NCBI GenBank assembly: GCA_963827235.1
Contig: CAWHAE010000015.1
Span: 32,001-96,000 of the forward strand
DNA: 64,000 bases
Reading direction: 5' to 3'
Source of the DNA: an uncultured bacterium
Lineage (GTDB): Bacteria; Chloroflexota; UBA5177; JANWHV01
Shown: in pieces, positions 10,433 to 20,603 of the stretch
Layout: each line of letters opens with the position of its first letter
How positions within the stretch are numbered: position 1 is the stretch's first letter
Translations under genes and position numbers: made by a program
Notes under the pieces: generated by a model
What the model saw: the letters and a program-made list of their open reading frames with translations, nothing else
The model's database searches: none
What the model was told of the DNA's origin: nothing

Positions 10433-11327
10433 AGCCGTGCATCCTCTCGGGGCCACGATCGGTCAGCCGGCCGCGCTTCCGGCGAAATGCCGGGCCCACG
10501 GCGCGGGCACAGAGATACGCCAGAAGCGCGAGCGTGCAGATGAAGAACGAGACGGGCCAGCCCTTTTCGCCCGGAGGCCAGTAGTAGCTGTCGTAGGAAA
10601 GGACGATACCGGCCCAGGTCTCTACGACGCCGATCATGCCGGCCAGGATCATGCCGGCAGCAGGCCGCGCCGACAGGTAGGAGGCGGTGGCCGGCGGACC
10701 GATCAGGAGCGCGGTGCTGAGCAGCACGCCCACCACCTGCGCGGCCTCGGCCACGGCGACGGCCATGCAGACCAGGAAGAGAGCGGAGACCACGCGCACG
10801 GGCACGCCCCGCGCCTCCGCCACCAGGGGGCTGACCGAGCAGAAGAGCAAGGGCCGGTAGAGCACGGCCAGCACGAGCAGGCAGGCTACGCCGATCACGA
10901 CCATCACGCGCGTCGTATCGGCATCGATCTCGAAGACCGATCCGAAGAGCAGCGTGAACGGCTGGCTGACGAAGCGCGTGCTGATATACAGAAAGAGAGC
11001 GCCGATGCCGAGCGCAAGAGCCAGGATCACGCCGGTGGCGACATCGCGCTCGCGCGCCCGATCGCCGAGCGAGCCGACGCCGAGCGCCGCCGCGACGCAA
11101 AACACCAGCAGACCCCAGAGAGCGTTGATACCCAGAAGCCCGGCCCCGGCTCCGCCCGTGAAGCCGATGTCCGTCACCGCGTGTCCGATGAAGCTCAGGC
11201 CGCGCAGCACGACGAAGAAGCCGATCAGGGCGGAGACGAGCGCGACCACCGTGCCCGCCTGCAGCGCCGTCACGACCTGGTCGTTCTGCAGCATGTCGAA
11301 GATGTTCTGCTGGAGCCAATCACGCAT
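10419..11327 (-). CDS. Metal (Zn/Mn) ABC transporter permease
   Basis: GFFVVLRGLSFIGHAV, LLFGSV, AEARGVP; paralog of the neighbouring permease. Confidence 0.9.
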   Translation of the reverse strand: MRDWLQQNIFDMLQNDQVVTALQAGTVVALVSALIGFFVVLRGLSFIGHAVTDIGFTGGAGAGLLGINALWGLLVFCVAAALGVGSLGDRARERDVATGVILALALGIGALFLYISTRFVSQPFTLLFGSVFEIDADTTRVMVVIGVACLLVLAVLYRPLLFCSVSPLVAEARGVPVRVVSALFLVCMAVAVAEAAQVVGVLLSTALLIGPPATASYLSARPAAGMILAGMIGVVETWAGIVLSYDSYYWPPGEKGWPVSFFICTLALLAYLCARAVGPAFRRKRGRLTDRGPERMHGYAAS

Positions 11328-11337
11328 AGCAGCCTAC

Positions 11338-12171
11338 TCACCCATGAGCGTGGCACTCGCGCTCGAGCTCACCGCCGCCGATCACGTCGCCGCCGGCCAC
11401 GACCAGTATGCGCCCGTGCACGTGCAGAACGTCGACGGGATAGCCGTAGAGCGCGCTCAGCACGTCCGAACGCACCACCTCGTCGACCTGGCCGATGGCC
11501 GAACGTCCTTCCGCCAGGTAGAGCACGCGATCCATCACGGGGAGCAAGGGGTTCATGTCATGAGCGACCAGCATGACGGCCACCGTCTGCTCCCTGCCCA
11601 GACGCGCCACCAGCTGCACCACTTCATGCGCGCTGCGCAGATCGAGATTGGCCAGGGGTTCGTCGAGCAGCAGCAGCCGCGGCCGCACGAGCAGGGCCTG
11701 GGCGATCATCAAGCGCTGCTGCTCTCCGCCCGACAAACGCCCGACCGGCGCATCCGCGAAATCCAGCGCGTCCACCCACTGCAATGCCTCGTCGATGCGC
11801 CGGCGCCTGGCGGCACTGGGGAAGGCGATGCCCCATCGCTGGCCGTCGAGTCCCAGGGCGACGAGATCGCGGGCGCGCAGCGGCGTGTCGGGATCGAACT
11901 GCTGTTTCTGGGGCACGTAGCCCACCGCGGCATTGCCGCGCTTGGCCGGCTGGCCGAACAGGCGGACCGATCCCGTGCTCGGTCGCAAGAGACCCAGAAT
12001 CACCCGCAACAGGGTCGTCTTGCCGGCGCCGTTCGTGCCGATCACGCCGATGAACTCGCCCGGCCTCACCTCGAGGCAGATGTCACGCAGCACCGGATGG
12101 CCGCCAAGGCTCAGACCGGCATGCTCCAGGCTCAACACGGGAGCGGTCGCGATGGACTGTGACGCCGTCAC
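11338..12171 (-). CDS. Metal ABC transporter ATP-binding protein
   Basis: Walker A GTNGAGKT, LSGGEQQR, LLLLDEP. GTG start overlaps the SBP stop (GTGA). Confidence 0.9.
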   Translation of the reverse strand: MTASQSIATAPVLSLEHAGLSLGGHPVLRDICLEVRPGEFIGVIGTNGAGKTTLLRVILGLLRPSTGSVRLFGQPAKRGNAAVGYVPQKQQFDPDTPLRARDLVALGLDGQRWGIAFPSAARRRRIDEALQWVDALDFADAPVGRLSGGEQQRLMIAQALLVRPRLLLLDEPLANLDLRSAHEVVQLVARLGREQTVAVMLVAHDMNPLLPVMDRVLYLAEGRSAIGQVDEVVRSDVLSALYGYPVDVLHVHGRILVVAGGDVIGGGELERECHAHG

Positions 12172-13112
12172 TGGATCTTCTCGGTGGAGATGCCCTTGCT
12201 CAGTGCCAGCCTGGTGGCCTGGAGCTCGGCAAGCATCCACCGCTGGTAGGTCTGGGACGGGGGCTCGGTCTCGTAAACGCCGACCACGGCGATATGGTGG
12301 GAGCGTGCCAGCGCGAGCAGCTTGACGGTGATCGGCGCCACGGCTTGCTGATTGTAGAAGAAGACCTTGACCTCGTTCTTGGTGAAGAGGTTGATCTCGG
12401 TCTGCGCGTCCTGCGGCGCCGGGTCGTTGCCTTGCATGATCGCCAGAGCAAACGAGCTGGGCGTCAAGATCTTCAGTCCGAGCGCCAGCGCTTCGTAGCT
12501 GAAGACGGGCTCGGTGATGGCGACCGGCGTGCCGGCGTACTGCTTTCTCACGGCCGCGATGCCGTCGATCCAGGGCTTGAGCGAGGCGTCGAAGGCACGC
12601 AGGTTGGCGGCGAAGGTGGCGGCACCGGCACGATCTTGCCTGGTCAGCTCGGCGGCTATCAGCGTGGCGACGCGCGGCATGGTCGCCGGATCGTACCAAA
12701 TATGCGGATTGTCGCCGGCCTTGTACCCGAGCCTGTCGCCGGCGTCGAGCACGACACGGCCCGCCTTCGGCGAGGCATTCTCCAGCTTGACCATGAACGA
12801 GTCGTAGCCGAGGCCGTTCTGCACGATCAGCGTCGCCCTGGCTACCGCGGCGGCATCGGTGGTGTTGGACTCGTAGGCATGGGGGTCGACATTCGGGTCG
12901 CTCAGCATGCTGAACACCGCGACGTGCGCGCCGCCGATTTGCTTTATCACGTCTCCATAAACGTTGGTCGAGGCGACCGCCTGCACGATCGTGCCGGCAG
13001 CACGCGCCGACGGCGCCCGCGGCACCGCTGCGCCGGCGCAGAGGACCGCTAGAGCCAGGAATCGTAGGACGCGGCGGCGTGCGACGGCATGATTCGGCGA
13101 TATCAGATGCAT
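12168..13112 (-). CDS. Metal ABC transporter solute-binding protein (ZnuA/PsaA cluster A-I family)
   Basis: DPHAYE, NGLGYD, NPHIW motifs; signal peptide with RRR. Confidence 0.9.
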   Translation of the reverse strand: MHLISPNHAVARRRVLRFLALAVLCAGAAVPRAPSARAAGTIVQAVASTNVYGDVIKQIGGAHVAVFSMLSDPNVDPHAYESNTTDAAAVARATLIVQNGLGYDSFMVKLENASPKAGRVVLDAGDRLGYKAGDNPHIWYDPATMPRVATLIAAELTRQDRAGAATFAANLRAFDASLKPWIDGIAAVRKQYAGTPVAITEPVFSYEALALGLKILTPSSFALAIMQGNDPAPQDAQTEINLFTKNEVKVFFYNQQAVAPITVKLLALARSHHIAVVGVYETEPPSQTYQRWMLAELQATRLALSKGISTEKIQ

Positions 13113-13125
13113 ACAAGCTCTTCAG

Positions 13126-13181
13126 TGATAATCGTTCTCATCGACAACCATTATCATAGTGGCCTGGCCGGCAGCCGTCAA
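13126..13181 (-). promoter_or_regulatory. Sigma70-type promoter with two tandem Fur/Zur-like boxes
   Basis: Minus-strand TTGACG(13181-13176)-17 nt-TATGAT(13158-13153). 7-1-7 boxes TGATAATCGTTCTCA (13126-13140) and CGACAACCATTATCA (13142-13156) overlap or follow the -10. Confidence 0.75.
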
Positions 13182-13218
13182 GGAGGAGCGCCGCCCCATC
13201 CTTCGGAAGCGGGCCCTG

Positions 13219-13270
13219 GTTTACGCGGTGTTTATACGCTGCCGGCTTCCTGTTTACGCGCTCGTTTATG
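13219..13270 (+). promoter_or_regulatory. Putative KdpE binding direct repeats
   Basis: GTTTAC/GTTTAT half-sites with TTTA at 13220, 13231, 13253 and 13265 (about 11-bp phasing) upstream of kdp, resembling the E. coli KdpE site TTTATA..TTTACA. Confidence 0.6.
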
Positions 13271-13407
13271 CCTCGCCCGTAGAGTGTGTTCTGGATGGAT
13301 GAGGCGAGGGACCCGCCCGGCGAGCCCCTCAACGTCGCTCGTGGTAATTCCGCGTGCGCAAGGTGCCGCGCGAATCGCCGGAGCGACGGGGAAATGCGGA
13401 GGTAACG

Positions 13408-13509
13408 GTGGCATTCGACCTCTGGCTGATGATTGTGACGGTCCTGTTCTTCCTGGCGACCGTCGTGTTCGCGATTGGCTGCGACCGACTGATGGGGACG
13501 AAGCGATGA
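13408..13509 (+). CDS. Small hydrophobic peptide upstream of kdpF (33 aa)
   Basis: SD GGAGGT at 13398-13403 and GTG start. MAFDLWLMIVTVLFFLATVVFAIGCDRLMGTKR, one TM helix; stop overlaps the kdpF ATG (ATGA). Confidence 0.7.
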   Translation: MAFDLWLMIVTVLFFLATVVFAIGCDRLMGTKR

Positions 13510-13592
13510 TCCAGAACATTCTGCTGTCTATCGTCTCGCTGCTCGTGCTCGTGTATCTCTTTGTTGCCTTGATCAGGCCGGAGGTGTTCTGA
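13506..13592 (+). CDS. kdpF: K+-transporting ATPase subunit F
   Basis: MIQNILLSIVSLLVLVYLFVALIRPEVF carries the KdpF YL..AL.RPE.F signature and overlaps the kdpA start. Confidence 0.9.
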   Translation: MIQNILLSIVSLLVLVYLFVALIRPEVF

Positions 13593-15346
13593 TGCCTGAT
13601 TGGTTGACCGGCAACGCCGTGATGCAGTGGGCGCTCTACAGCGTTATCCTGCTGCTCACGGCGAAGCCCGTCGGCACGCACATGTACCGCGTGTTCACCG
13701 GTGGGCGGACCTTTTTGCACCGCCTGGTGCGGCCCGTGGAAGCCGGGATCTACCGGATGGTGGGGGTCGACGAGCAGGAGGAGATGACCTGGTTCGGCTA
13801 TCTCCTGGCCTCGTTGTTCTTCAGCGTCGTCGGCCTGATCCTGACCTACATCATCGAGCGCACGCAACAGTGGCACGGCAGCTTCTTCAATCCGCAGGGC
13901 TTCCCCAACGTGCCCTCGCTCCTGGCCTGGAACACCGCCGCCAGCTTCACCACCAACACCAACTGGCAGAACTACGGCGGCGAGACCACCATGAGCTACC
14001 TCACGCAGATGACCGGCCTGGCCATGCACAACTTCTTCTCGGCTGCAACCGGCATCGTGTGGGCGGTGGCCCTGGTGCGTGGCCTGGCGCGGCGCTCGGC
14101 AGGGGCAATCGGGTCGTTCTGGGTCGATCTGGTGCGCTGCTTGCTCTATATCCTGCTGCCGATCTGTATCTTCTACGGCCTCTTCCTGGTGTGGCAGGGC
14201 GCGCCGGAGAACTTCAGCGCCTACACCGTGGTACACACGCTCGAGGGCGCCAAGCAGGTCATTGCCCAGGGACCAGTCGCCTCACAGGAAGCGATCAAGA
14301 TGCTGGGCACCAACGGCGGCGGCTTCATGAACGCCAACTCGGCACATCCCTTCGAGAATCCCACGCCGCTCTCCAACTTCGTCGAGATCCTCTCCATTTT
14401 CCTGATCGGCTCCGGTCTGGTCTACATGTTCGGCAAGTGGGTGGGGAACACCAAGCAGGGCTGGTCCATCTGGGCCGCCATGTTCGTCCTGTTCTCCATC
14501 GGCTTCTTCACCGCGGTGGTAGCCGAGCAGAAGGGCGATTCGCTGATCGCGGGCGCCGCCCACGTGATGACCGCGGCGACCAGCAGCCCCTACCAGCCCG
14601 GCGGCAACATGGAGGGGAAAGAGGTGCGCTTCGGCATCGTCGACTCCGCCCTCTTCGCCACCATCACCACCGATGCCTCATGTGGGGCCATCAATTCCTG
14701 GCACGAGAGCTTCACGCCGATCGGCGGTCTGGTACCGCTGACCAACATCGCCACGGGCGAAGTGATCTTCGGCGGCGTGGGGGCAGGCATGTACGGCATG
14801 CTGATGTACGCCATTCTGGCGGTGTTCATCGCCGGGCTGATGGTGGGCCGCACGCCCGAATACCTGGGCAAGAAGATCGAAGCCTTCGAGATCAAGATGG
14901 CCAGCATCGCCTTGTTGATTTCACCCGCGAACATCCTGTTGTTCGCAGGGGCGGCTGTGCTGGGAGCCTGGGGCACGGCGTCGATCTTGAATGCCGGCCC
15001 GCATGGGCTCTCGGAGATCCTCTACATCTACACGTCGAGCAACGGCAACAACGGCTCGGCCTTTGCCGGCCTGACGACGAATACCAACTGGTACAACTGG
15101 AGCGGCGGCTTCGCCATGCTGATCGGGCGCTTCGTCTTCGTGACGCCGCTGATTGCCATTGCCGGCTCCATGGCCAGGAAGAAGACAGTGCCGGCGTCGC
15201 TGGGCACGTTCCCCACGGACGGCCCCACCTTCAGCGTGCTGCTGGTCTTCGTGATCATCATCGTGGCGGCGCTGACCTACTTCCCGGCCTACTGTCTCGG
15301 CCCGATCCTCGAGCAGCTGCTGCTCAACGCCCATCACGTGTTCTGA
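13592..15346 (+). CDS. kdpA: K+-transporting ATPase subunit A
   Basis: [46 protein letters not shown]. Confidence 0.97.
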   Translation: MPDWLTGNAVMQWALYSVILLLTAKPVGTHMYRVFTGGRTFLHRLVRPVEAGIYRMVGVDEQEEMTWFGYLLASLFFSVVGLILTYIIERTQQWHGSFFNPQGFPNVPSLLAWNTAASFTTNTNWQNYGGETTMSYLTQMTGLAMHNFFSAATGIVWAVALVRGLARRSAGAIGSFWVDLVRCLLYILLPICIFYGLFLVWQGAPENFSAYTVVHTLEGAKQVIAQGPVASQEAIKMLGTNGGGFMNANSAHPFENPTPLSNFVEILSIFLIGSGLVYMFGKWVGNTKQGWSIWAAMFVLFSIGFFTAVVAEQKGDSLIAGAAHVMTAATSSPYQPGGNMEGKEVRFGIVDSALFATITTDASCGAINSWHESFTPIGGLVPLTNIATGEVIFGGVGAGMYGMLMYAILAVFIAGLMVGRTPEYLGKKIEAFEIKMASIALLISPANILLFAGAAVLGAWGTASILNAGPHGLSEILYIYTSSNGNNGSAFAGLTTNTNWYNWSGGFAMLIGRFVFVTPLIAIAGSMARKKTVPASLGTFPTDGPTFSVLLVFVIIIVAALTYFPAYCLGPILEQLLLNAHHVF

Positions 15347-15362
15347 GAAGGAGTCGAATTCG

Positions 15363-17459
15363 ATGGCTATTCAGGCTCCGCGAATGGAGCAACAGGCGCC
15401 GCGACGGCCGCTGGGCGACGAGCGGCGGCGCAGCAAATCGCTGGCCCTGTTCGACCCGAACATCACGCGGAAGGCAGCCGGCGAGGCCGTCCGGAAGCTC
15501 GATCCTCGCGTGCAGCTGCGCAACCCGGTGATGTTCGTGGTGCTGGTCGGTGCGGTCGTCACGTCCGTGGAGTTCGTGCGATCACTCGTGACCAGCGGGT
15601 TGGCCGGCGACCGCGGCTTCACGCTGCAGGTCGCCGTCTGGCTGTGGTTCACCGTGCTCTTTGCCAATTTCGCCGAGGCCATGGCAGAGAGCCGCGGCAA
15701 GGCGCAGGCAGATACGCTGCGCAGGACGCGCACCGACGCCCAGGCTAAGCGTCTCGACAGCCGCGGCGCCGTGCAGATCGTCTCTGCCACGGAGCTGCGC
15801 AGGGGCGACCTGGTGCTGGTCGAGGCCGGCGATCTGATTCCCGGCGACGGCGATGTGATCGACGGCGTTGCCTCGGTCAACGAGGCGGCGATCACCGGCG
15901 AGAGCGCGCCGGTGATCAAGGAACCCGGCACCGACATCCGTTCGTCGGTGACGGGCGGCACCACGATCCTCAGCGACAGCTTGAAGATCCGCATCACCGC
16001 CAACCCGGGCGAGACGTTCATCGATCGCATGATCGCCCTCGTAGAAGGCGCCAACCGGCAGAAGACCCCCAACGAGATCGCGCTGAACATTCTGCTGGCT
16101 TCGCTGACCATCATCTTCTTGCTGGCCGTCTACACCCTGCAGCCGTTCGCCGTCTACTCCGGCAGCCCCGTGGACGTGACCACCCTGGTGGCCCTCCTGG
16201 TCTGCCTCATCCCCACCACGATCGGCGGCCTGCTCAGCGCGATCGGCATTGCCGGCATGGATCGCCTGGTCCAGTTCAACGTGCTGGCCATGAGCGGCCG
16301 GGCGGTGGAGGCGGCCGGCGACGTCGACACGCTGCTGCTGGACAAGACGGGCACTATCACTTTCGGCAACCGCATGGCCTTCGAGTTCGTGCCCGTCAAG
16401 GGCCACACTGAGGCCGAGCTGATCGACGCCGCCCTCCGCTCGAGCCTGGCCGACGACACTCCCGAGGGGAAGAGCATCGTCACCCTGGCCACCGAGCGCG
16501 GTGCCGTCGTGGACAGGGCCTTCCTGGATGGCGCCGAGCTGGTGCCCTTCACGGCGCAGACGCGCGTGAGCGGCGTGCGCCGCAACGGGCACCAGGTCAT
16601 GAAGGGTGCCGTGGACGCCATCGTGGCTGCCACGCCCAATCCGCCGCCCGATCTGCAGACCATCGCGGACCGCATTGCGAGCGAGGGCGGAACGCCGCTG
16701 GCGGTGGCGCGCGACGGCGAGGCGCTGGGCGTCGTGTACCTGAAAGACACCGTGAAGCCGGGCATGCGCGATCGCTTCGACGAGCTGCGCCGCATGGGCA
16801 TTCGCACCATCATGGTCACCGGAGACAACAAGCTCACCGCCGCCACGATCGCCAGAGAGGCCGGCGTCGACGACTTCCAGGCAGAGAGCAAGCCGGAGGA
16901 CAAGATCGCGCTGATCCGGCGCGAGCAGGCCGACGGCAAGCTGGTCGCCATGACCGGCGACGGCACCAACGATGCGCCGGCCCTGGCCCAGGCGGACGTC
17001 GGCGTGGCCATGAACTCCGGCACCCAGGCGGCCAAAGAGGCCGGCAACATGGTGGATCTGGACAGCAACCCCACCAAGCTGATCGAGATCGTGGCCATCG
17101 GCAAGCAGCTGTTGATCACGCGCGGGGCGCTGACCACCTTCTCTATCGCCAACGACGTGGCCAAGTACTTCGCCATTCTGCCGGCCATGTTCAGCAGGCA
17201 GTTCCCACAGCTCGGCGCGCTCAACGTCATGCACCTGTCCACGCCGCACTCGGCGATCACGGCCGCCGTGATCTTCAACGCGTTGATCATCGTGGCGCTG
17301 ATACCGCTGGCCCTGCGCGGCGTGAAGTATCGCCCGCTGGGCGCGGCCCAGATCCTGCGCCGCAACCTGTTGATCTACGGCCTTGGCGGGATCATCATTC
17401 CCTTCCCCGGCATCAAGATCTGCGATCTGATTCTGACCGGCCTGCACCTGACCGTGTGA
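15363..17459 (+). CDS. kdpB: K+-transporting ATPase subunit B
   Basis: [18 protein letters not shown] phosphorylation motif, [11 protein letters not shown]. Confidence 0.97.
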   Translation: MAIQAPRMEQQAPRRPLGDERRRSKSLALFDPNITRKAAGEAVRKLDPRVQLRNPVMFVVLVGAVVTSVEFVRSLVTSGLAGDRGFTLQVAVWLWFTVLFANFAEAMAESRGKAQADTLRRTRTDAQAKRLDSRGAVQIVSATELRRGDLVLVEAGDLIPGDGDVIDGVASVNEAAITGESAPVIKEPGTDIRSSVTGGTTILSDSLKIRITANPGETFIDRMIALVEGANRQKTPNEIALNILLASLTIIFLLAVYTLQPFAVYSGSPVDVTTLVALLVCLIPTTIGGLLSAIGIAGMDRLVQFNVLAMSGRAVEAAGDVDTLLLDKTGTITFGNRMAFEFVPVKGHTEAELIDAALRSSLADDTPEGKSIVTLATERGAVVDRAFLDGAELVPFTAQTRVSGVRRNGHQVMKGAVDAIVAATPNPPPDLQTIADRIASEGGTPLAVARDGEALGVVYLKDTVKPGMRDRFDELRRMGIRTIMVTGDNKLTAATIAREAGVDDFQAESKPEDKIALIRREQADGKLVAMTGDGTNDAPALAQADVGVAMNSGTQAAKEAGNMVDLDSNPTKLIEIVAIGKQLLITRGALTTFSIANDVAKYFAILPAMFSRQFPQLGALNVMHLSTPHSAITAAVIFNALIIVALIPLALRGVKYRPLGAAQILRRNLLIYGLGGIIIPFPGIKICDLILTGLHLTV

Positions 17460-17474
17460 TAAGGAGACAAGCGT

Positions 17475-18116
17475 ATGGAATCAGTAACGACCCTTGCTGA
17501 GCGCGAGCGTGGCACGATACGCCCGTCACGAACGTCATTGGGCAATACACTGCGCATCAGCGTGGCGATGACGATTGTGTTGACCATTCTCGTGGGCGTG
17601 ATCTACCCGTTCTTCATGACCGGCGCGGCCCAGGTGCTGTTCCACGACCAGGCCAACGGCTCCCTGATCAAGGGCCCGAACGGCCAGATCGTGGGATCGT
17701 CCTTGATCGGCCAGAACTTCACCAAGCCGCAGTACTTCCACCCGCGGCTCTCGGCCGCGGGCACCGGCTACGATGCCAGCAACTCCGCCGGCACCAACCT
17801 GGGCCCGACCAGCGCCACGCTGTTGAAGAACACAATCGCCCAGGCCAACGCCATCCGCAAGGAAGACGGGCTGCCGCCCAACTATCCCCTGCCGTCCGAT
17901 GCGGTATCAACGTCGGCCAGCGGGCTCGACCCCGACATCAGCCCGGCCTACGCCGCGCTGCAGGTGCCGCGCGTGGCCAGAGTGCGTGGCCTGACGCAGT
18001 CCCAGGTGCAGGGCCTGGTGCACAAGTACACCAGCGATCGCACGCTCGGCGTGCTCGGGGAGCCGCGCGTCAACGTCCTGGAGCTGAACGTCGCCCTGGA
18101 TCAGCTGGAGAAATAG
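17475..18116 (+). CDS. kdpC: K+-transporting ATPase subunit C
   Basis: QANGSL, GSSLIGQ, YFHPR, SASGLDPDIS, GEPRVNVLELN. Confidence 0.95.
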   Translation: MESVTTLAERERGTIRPSRTSLGNTLRISVAMTIVLTILVGVIYPFFMTGAAQVLFHDQANGSLIKGPNGQIVGSSLIGQNFTKPQYFHPRLSAAGTGYDASNSAGTNLGPTSATLLKNTIAQANAIRKEDGLPPNYPLPSDAVSTSASGLDPDISPAYAALQVPRVARVRGLTQSQVQGLVHKYTSDRTLGVLGEPRVNVLELNVALDQLEK

Positions 18117-18127
18117 CGAGCACGACC

Positions 18128-18712
18128 ATGACCCTTGGCAGGATTCTCGTCTTGTATGATGGCAGCGAGGCCGCGGACAGGCTGTTGTCCATGGCCTGCG
18201 AGGCGGTATGGCAGGCCGGATGCGTCATGCCTCTGTACGTCACGCGCGTTCCTCCCGTGCTCCCGCTCGCGCCGCTGCCTCGCTGGTACGACGACGAGGG
18301 GCAGCAGGCGCTGGATAGGGCCGAGACCGTGGCCTGGCAGCACGGCTGCAGGGTCGATTCCTGGCTGGTGCGGTCGCGCGAGCCCGCCGATGCGATCGTG
18401 TCCGTGGCACGCGACGGGGAAGCCGATGCCATCTTCCTGCCTCTTGGCGGTTGGCGACATCCGGTCCGGCACCTGCAGGCCCGATTCCAGGCTCGGTGCG
18501 TGGCCTGCGCCGCTGCCTGCCCGGTGCTCGTCGGCTCCTCGCGGGACCTCGGTAGCGCCCGGCGGGCCGATCAAGCAGGCGCCGGCCTGTCCGATCCGCT
18601 TGCCATGCTCGGCGGCACCTTGCTGCCGCCGGCGCACGGGCTGCATTGCCGATTGCTGCAGCCGCGCCAGGGCAGAGTTCACCGCTTGGTGCGCTTGCAT
18701 GTACCGTACTAA
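18128..18712 (+). CDS. Universal stress protein (USP) family
   Basis: RILVLYDGSEAA, PADAIVSVAR..ADAI, AACPVLV; the C-terminal ~55 aa look like a non-conserved tail. Confidence 0.75.
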   Translation: MTLGRILVLYDGSEAADRLLSMACEAVWQAGCVMPLYVTRVPPVLPLAPLPRWYDDEGQQALDRAETVAWQHGCRVDSWLVRSREPADAIVSVARDGEADAIFLPLGGWRHPVRHLQARFQARCVACAAACPVLVGSSRDLGSARRADQAGAGLSDPLAMLGGTLLPPAHGLHCRLLQPRQGRVHRLVRLHVPY

Positions 18713-18943
18713 GCACATGGTCATCAACTTGGCACGGCTGCGACGTGCGTCTGCCTGCGGGGTGTATCGCGTCTACTCGCCGGAGCTGCAGGCGGACCAG
18801 TGCGAGTCGCCCCGATCTGTGTTCGACGGAGAATGCGCGAGCTGTTTCCGGCTACCTGCGTTTCCGCGGCGGCGATCGTATGCCGGGTGCATCGCGGCAG
18901 TGGACCGGACATCGTTCCGGCCGGGAAGAGGCGCGGCACATGT

Positions 18944-20122
18944 ATGGCTAGAGATCTGGAACGGCCCGATCCCGACGAGCTGCTGGCGCGGATCAAGGCC
19001 GACGAGCAGCCGGCAAAGGGCAGGCTGCGTGTGTACCTCGGCGCGGCCCCCGGTGTGGGCAAGACGTTCACCATGCTGCAGGAAGCCCACCGCCGGAAGG
19101 AGCGGGGCACGGACGTCGTGATAGGCTTCGTGGAGACACACGGCCGGCCGCACACGGCCGAGCAGATCGGGGATCTCGAGGTTGTGCCGCCGCGGGAAGT
19201 CCCTTACAAGGGCGTCGTGGTGCGCGAGATGGATACGGAGGCGGTGATCGCGCGGCACCCGCGCGTGGCGCTGGTCGACGAGCTGGCGCACACCAACGTG
19301 GCGGGCTCGCGGCATGCCAAGCGCTACGAGGACGTGCAGGATCTGCTCATGGCGGGTATTACTGTGCTCTCCACGCTGAACATTCAGCACATCGAGAGCC
19401 TCAACGACGTCGTGCACCAGGTCACCGGCATCAGCGTGCACGAGACCGTGCCCGACTGGGTGATCGAAGAGGCCGATCAGGTCGAGCTGATCGACATGGC
19501 CCCGGAGGCGCTCATCCAGCGCATGCGCCACGGCAACATCTATCCTCCGGAACAGGCGAGGCGTGCCCTCGAGAACTTCTTCACCGGCGCCAACCTCACG
19601 GCGCTGCGCGATCTGGCGCTGCGTGCCACGGCCAGAGGAGTGGAGGAGCGCCTCAGCCGGTACATGCGCGGCCGTGACGATCACTACCTCCACGCGGCGG
19701 TCACCGATCGCATCATGGTCGCGGTCGATCACCAGCCGGTAGGCAAGACGCTCATCCGGCGGGGCTGGCGCATTGCCGCCGCCATCAAGGCGGACCTCAT
19801 CGTGGTGCACGTCCAGCCCGATCGCGGTGCTCGCGCTGCCCAGACCGTGGAGGACGATCGTCACCTGCGGGCCAATCTGCAGCTTGCCGATGAGCTGGGG
19901 GCGCAGATCGTCCGTCTGCGCGGCGACGTGGTGGAGGAGCTGGTGGCGTACGCGCAGGCCAACAGCGTGACGCAGATCGTGATCGGCCAGCCCCGCCGCG
20001 GCCGTTGGGCAGAGCTTCTGCAGGGCTCGGTGACGCACGACCTCCTGCGCAAGGTGCGCGACATGGACGTCGTCGTCGTCGCCGATCCGGGCAAAGGATC
20101 GCGTCCGGGCAACGGCGCGTGA
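18944..20122 (+). CDS. kdpD: Truncated KdpD (KdpD N-terminal domain + USP; no TM, GAF or kinase domains)
   Basis: GAAPGVGKT, ETHGR, VDELAHTN, TLNIQHIESLND, NLTALRDLALR, then a USP domain and a stop. Confidence 0.9.
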   Translation: MARDLERPDPDELLARIKADEQPAKGRLRVYLGAAPGVGKTFTMLQEAHRRKERGTDVVIGFVETHGRPHTAEQIGDLEVVPPREVPYKGVVVREMDTEAVIARHPRVALVDELAHTNVAGSRHAKRYEDVQDLLMAGITVLSTLNIQHIESLNDVVHQVTGISVHETVPDWVIEEADQVELIDMAPEALIQRMRHGNIYPPEQARRALENFFTGANLTALRDLALRATARGVEERLSRYMRGRDDHYLHAAVTDRIMVAVDHQPVGKTLIRRGWRIAAAIKADLIVVHVQPDRGARAAQTVEDDRHLRANLQLADELGAQIVRLRGDVVEELVAYAQANSVTQIVIGQPRRGRWAELLQGSVTHDLLRKVRDMDVVVVADPGKGSRPGNGA

Positions 20123-20135
20123 AGAGAGAAGGCGA

Positions 20136-20534
20136 ATGGCCGGCCGGATACTGGTGATCGAAGACGATCCGACGCTGTCACGATCGATTTGCCGCAATCT
20201 CACCGCCCGCGGTTACGCGACACAGGCGGCCATGACGGTTGCCGAAGCCACTGCCGCCATCTCCAGCGATCTGCCGTCGCTGCTGGTGGTGGATATCGAT
20301 CTGCCGGACGGATCGGGGTGGGAGGTGCTGCGCGGCTTGCGCGAGGATGGGCACGAGGACGTGCGGGCAATCGTCATGTCCGCGCTCCGGCCCAACCCGC
20401 GGCTGGCGCGCGAGCTTGGCGTGATCGGTGTGCTCGAGAAGCCATTTCCCATCCAGTCTCTGCTGCGCCTGATTACCGGGCAGATAGAGCCACCGGCACG
20501 ACCGCATTCCGAGGATAATGAAGCAAAGAGCTAG
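20136..20534 (+). CDS. Single-domain response regulator (receiver only)
   Basis: ILVIEDD, VDIDLPDGSG (phosphoacceptor Asp), MSA, EKPF. Confidence 0.85.
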   Translation: MAGRILVIEDDPTLSRSICRNLTARGYATQAAMTVAEATAAISSDLPSLLVVDIDLPDGSGWEVLRGLREDGHEDVRAIVMSALRPNPRLARELGVIGVLEKPFPIQSLLRLITGQIEPPARPHSEDNEAKS

Positions 20535-20603
20535 CGCCGGAGCGGCCGGCTGCCGGCGGCGGCGATGCCCGCCCGTGTCCGGCGGATTCGGTGGTGGTGA
20601 GGG

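Noticed and set aside
11338-13116. 592-aa ORF suggesting a long ABC ATPase fusion
   Set aside because: The N-terminal half is an alternative frame over the SBP gene; the ATPase starts at GTG 12171.
15371-17447. Long antisense ORFs opposite kdpB (and likewise opposite other genes)
   Set aside because: Expected shadow ORFs in high-GC3 coding DNA, with no protein motifs.
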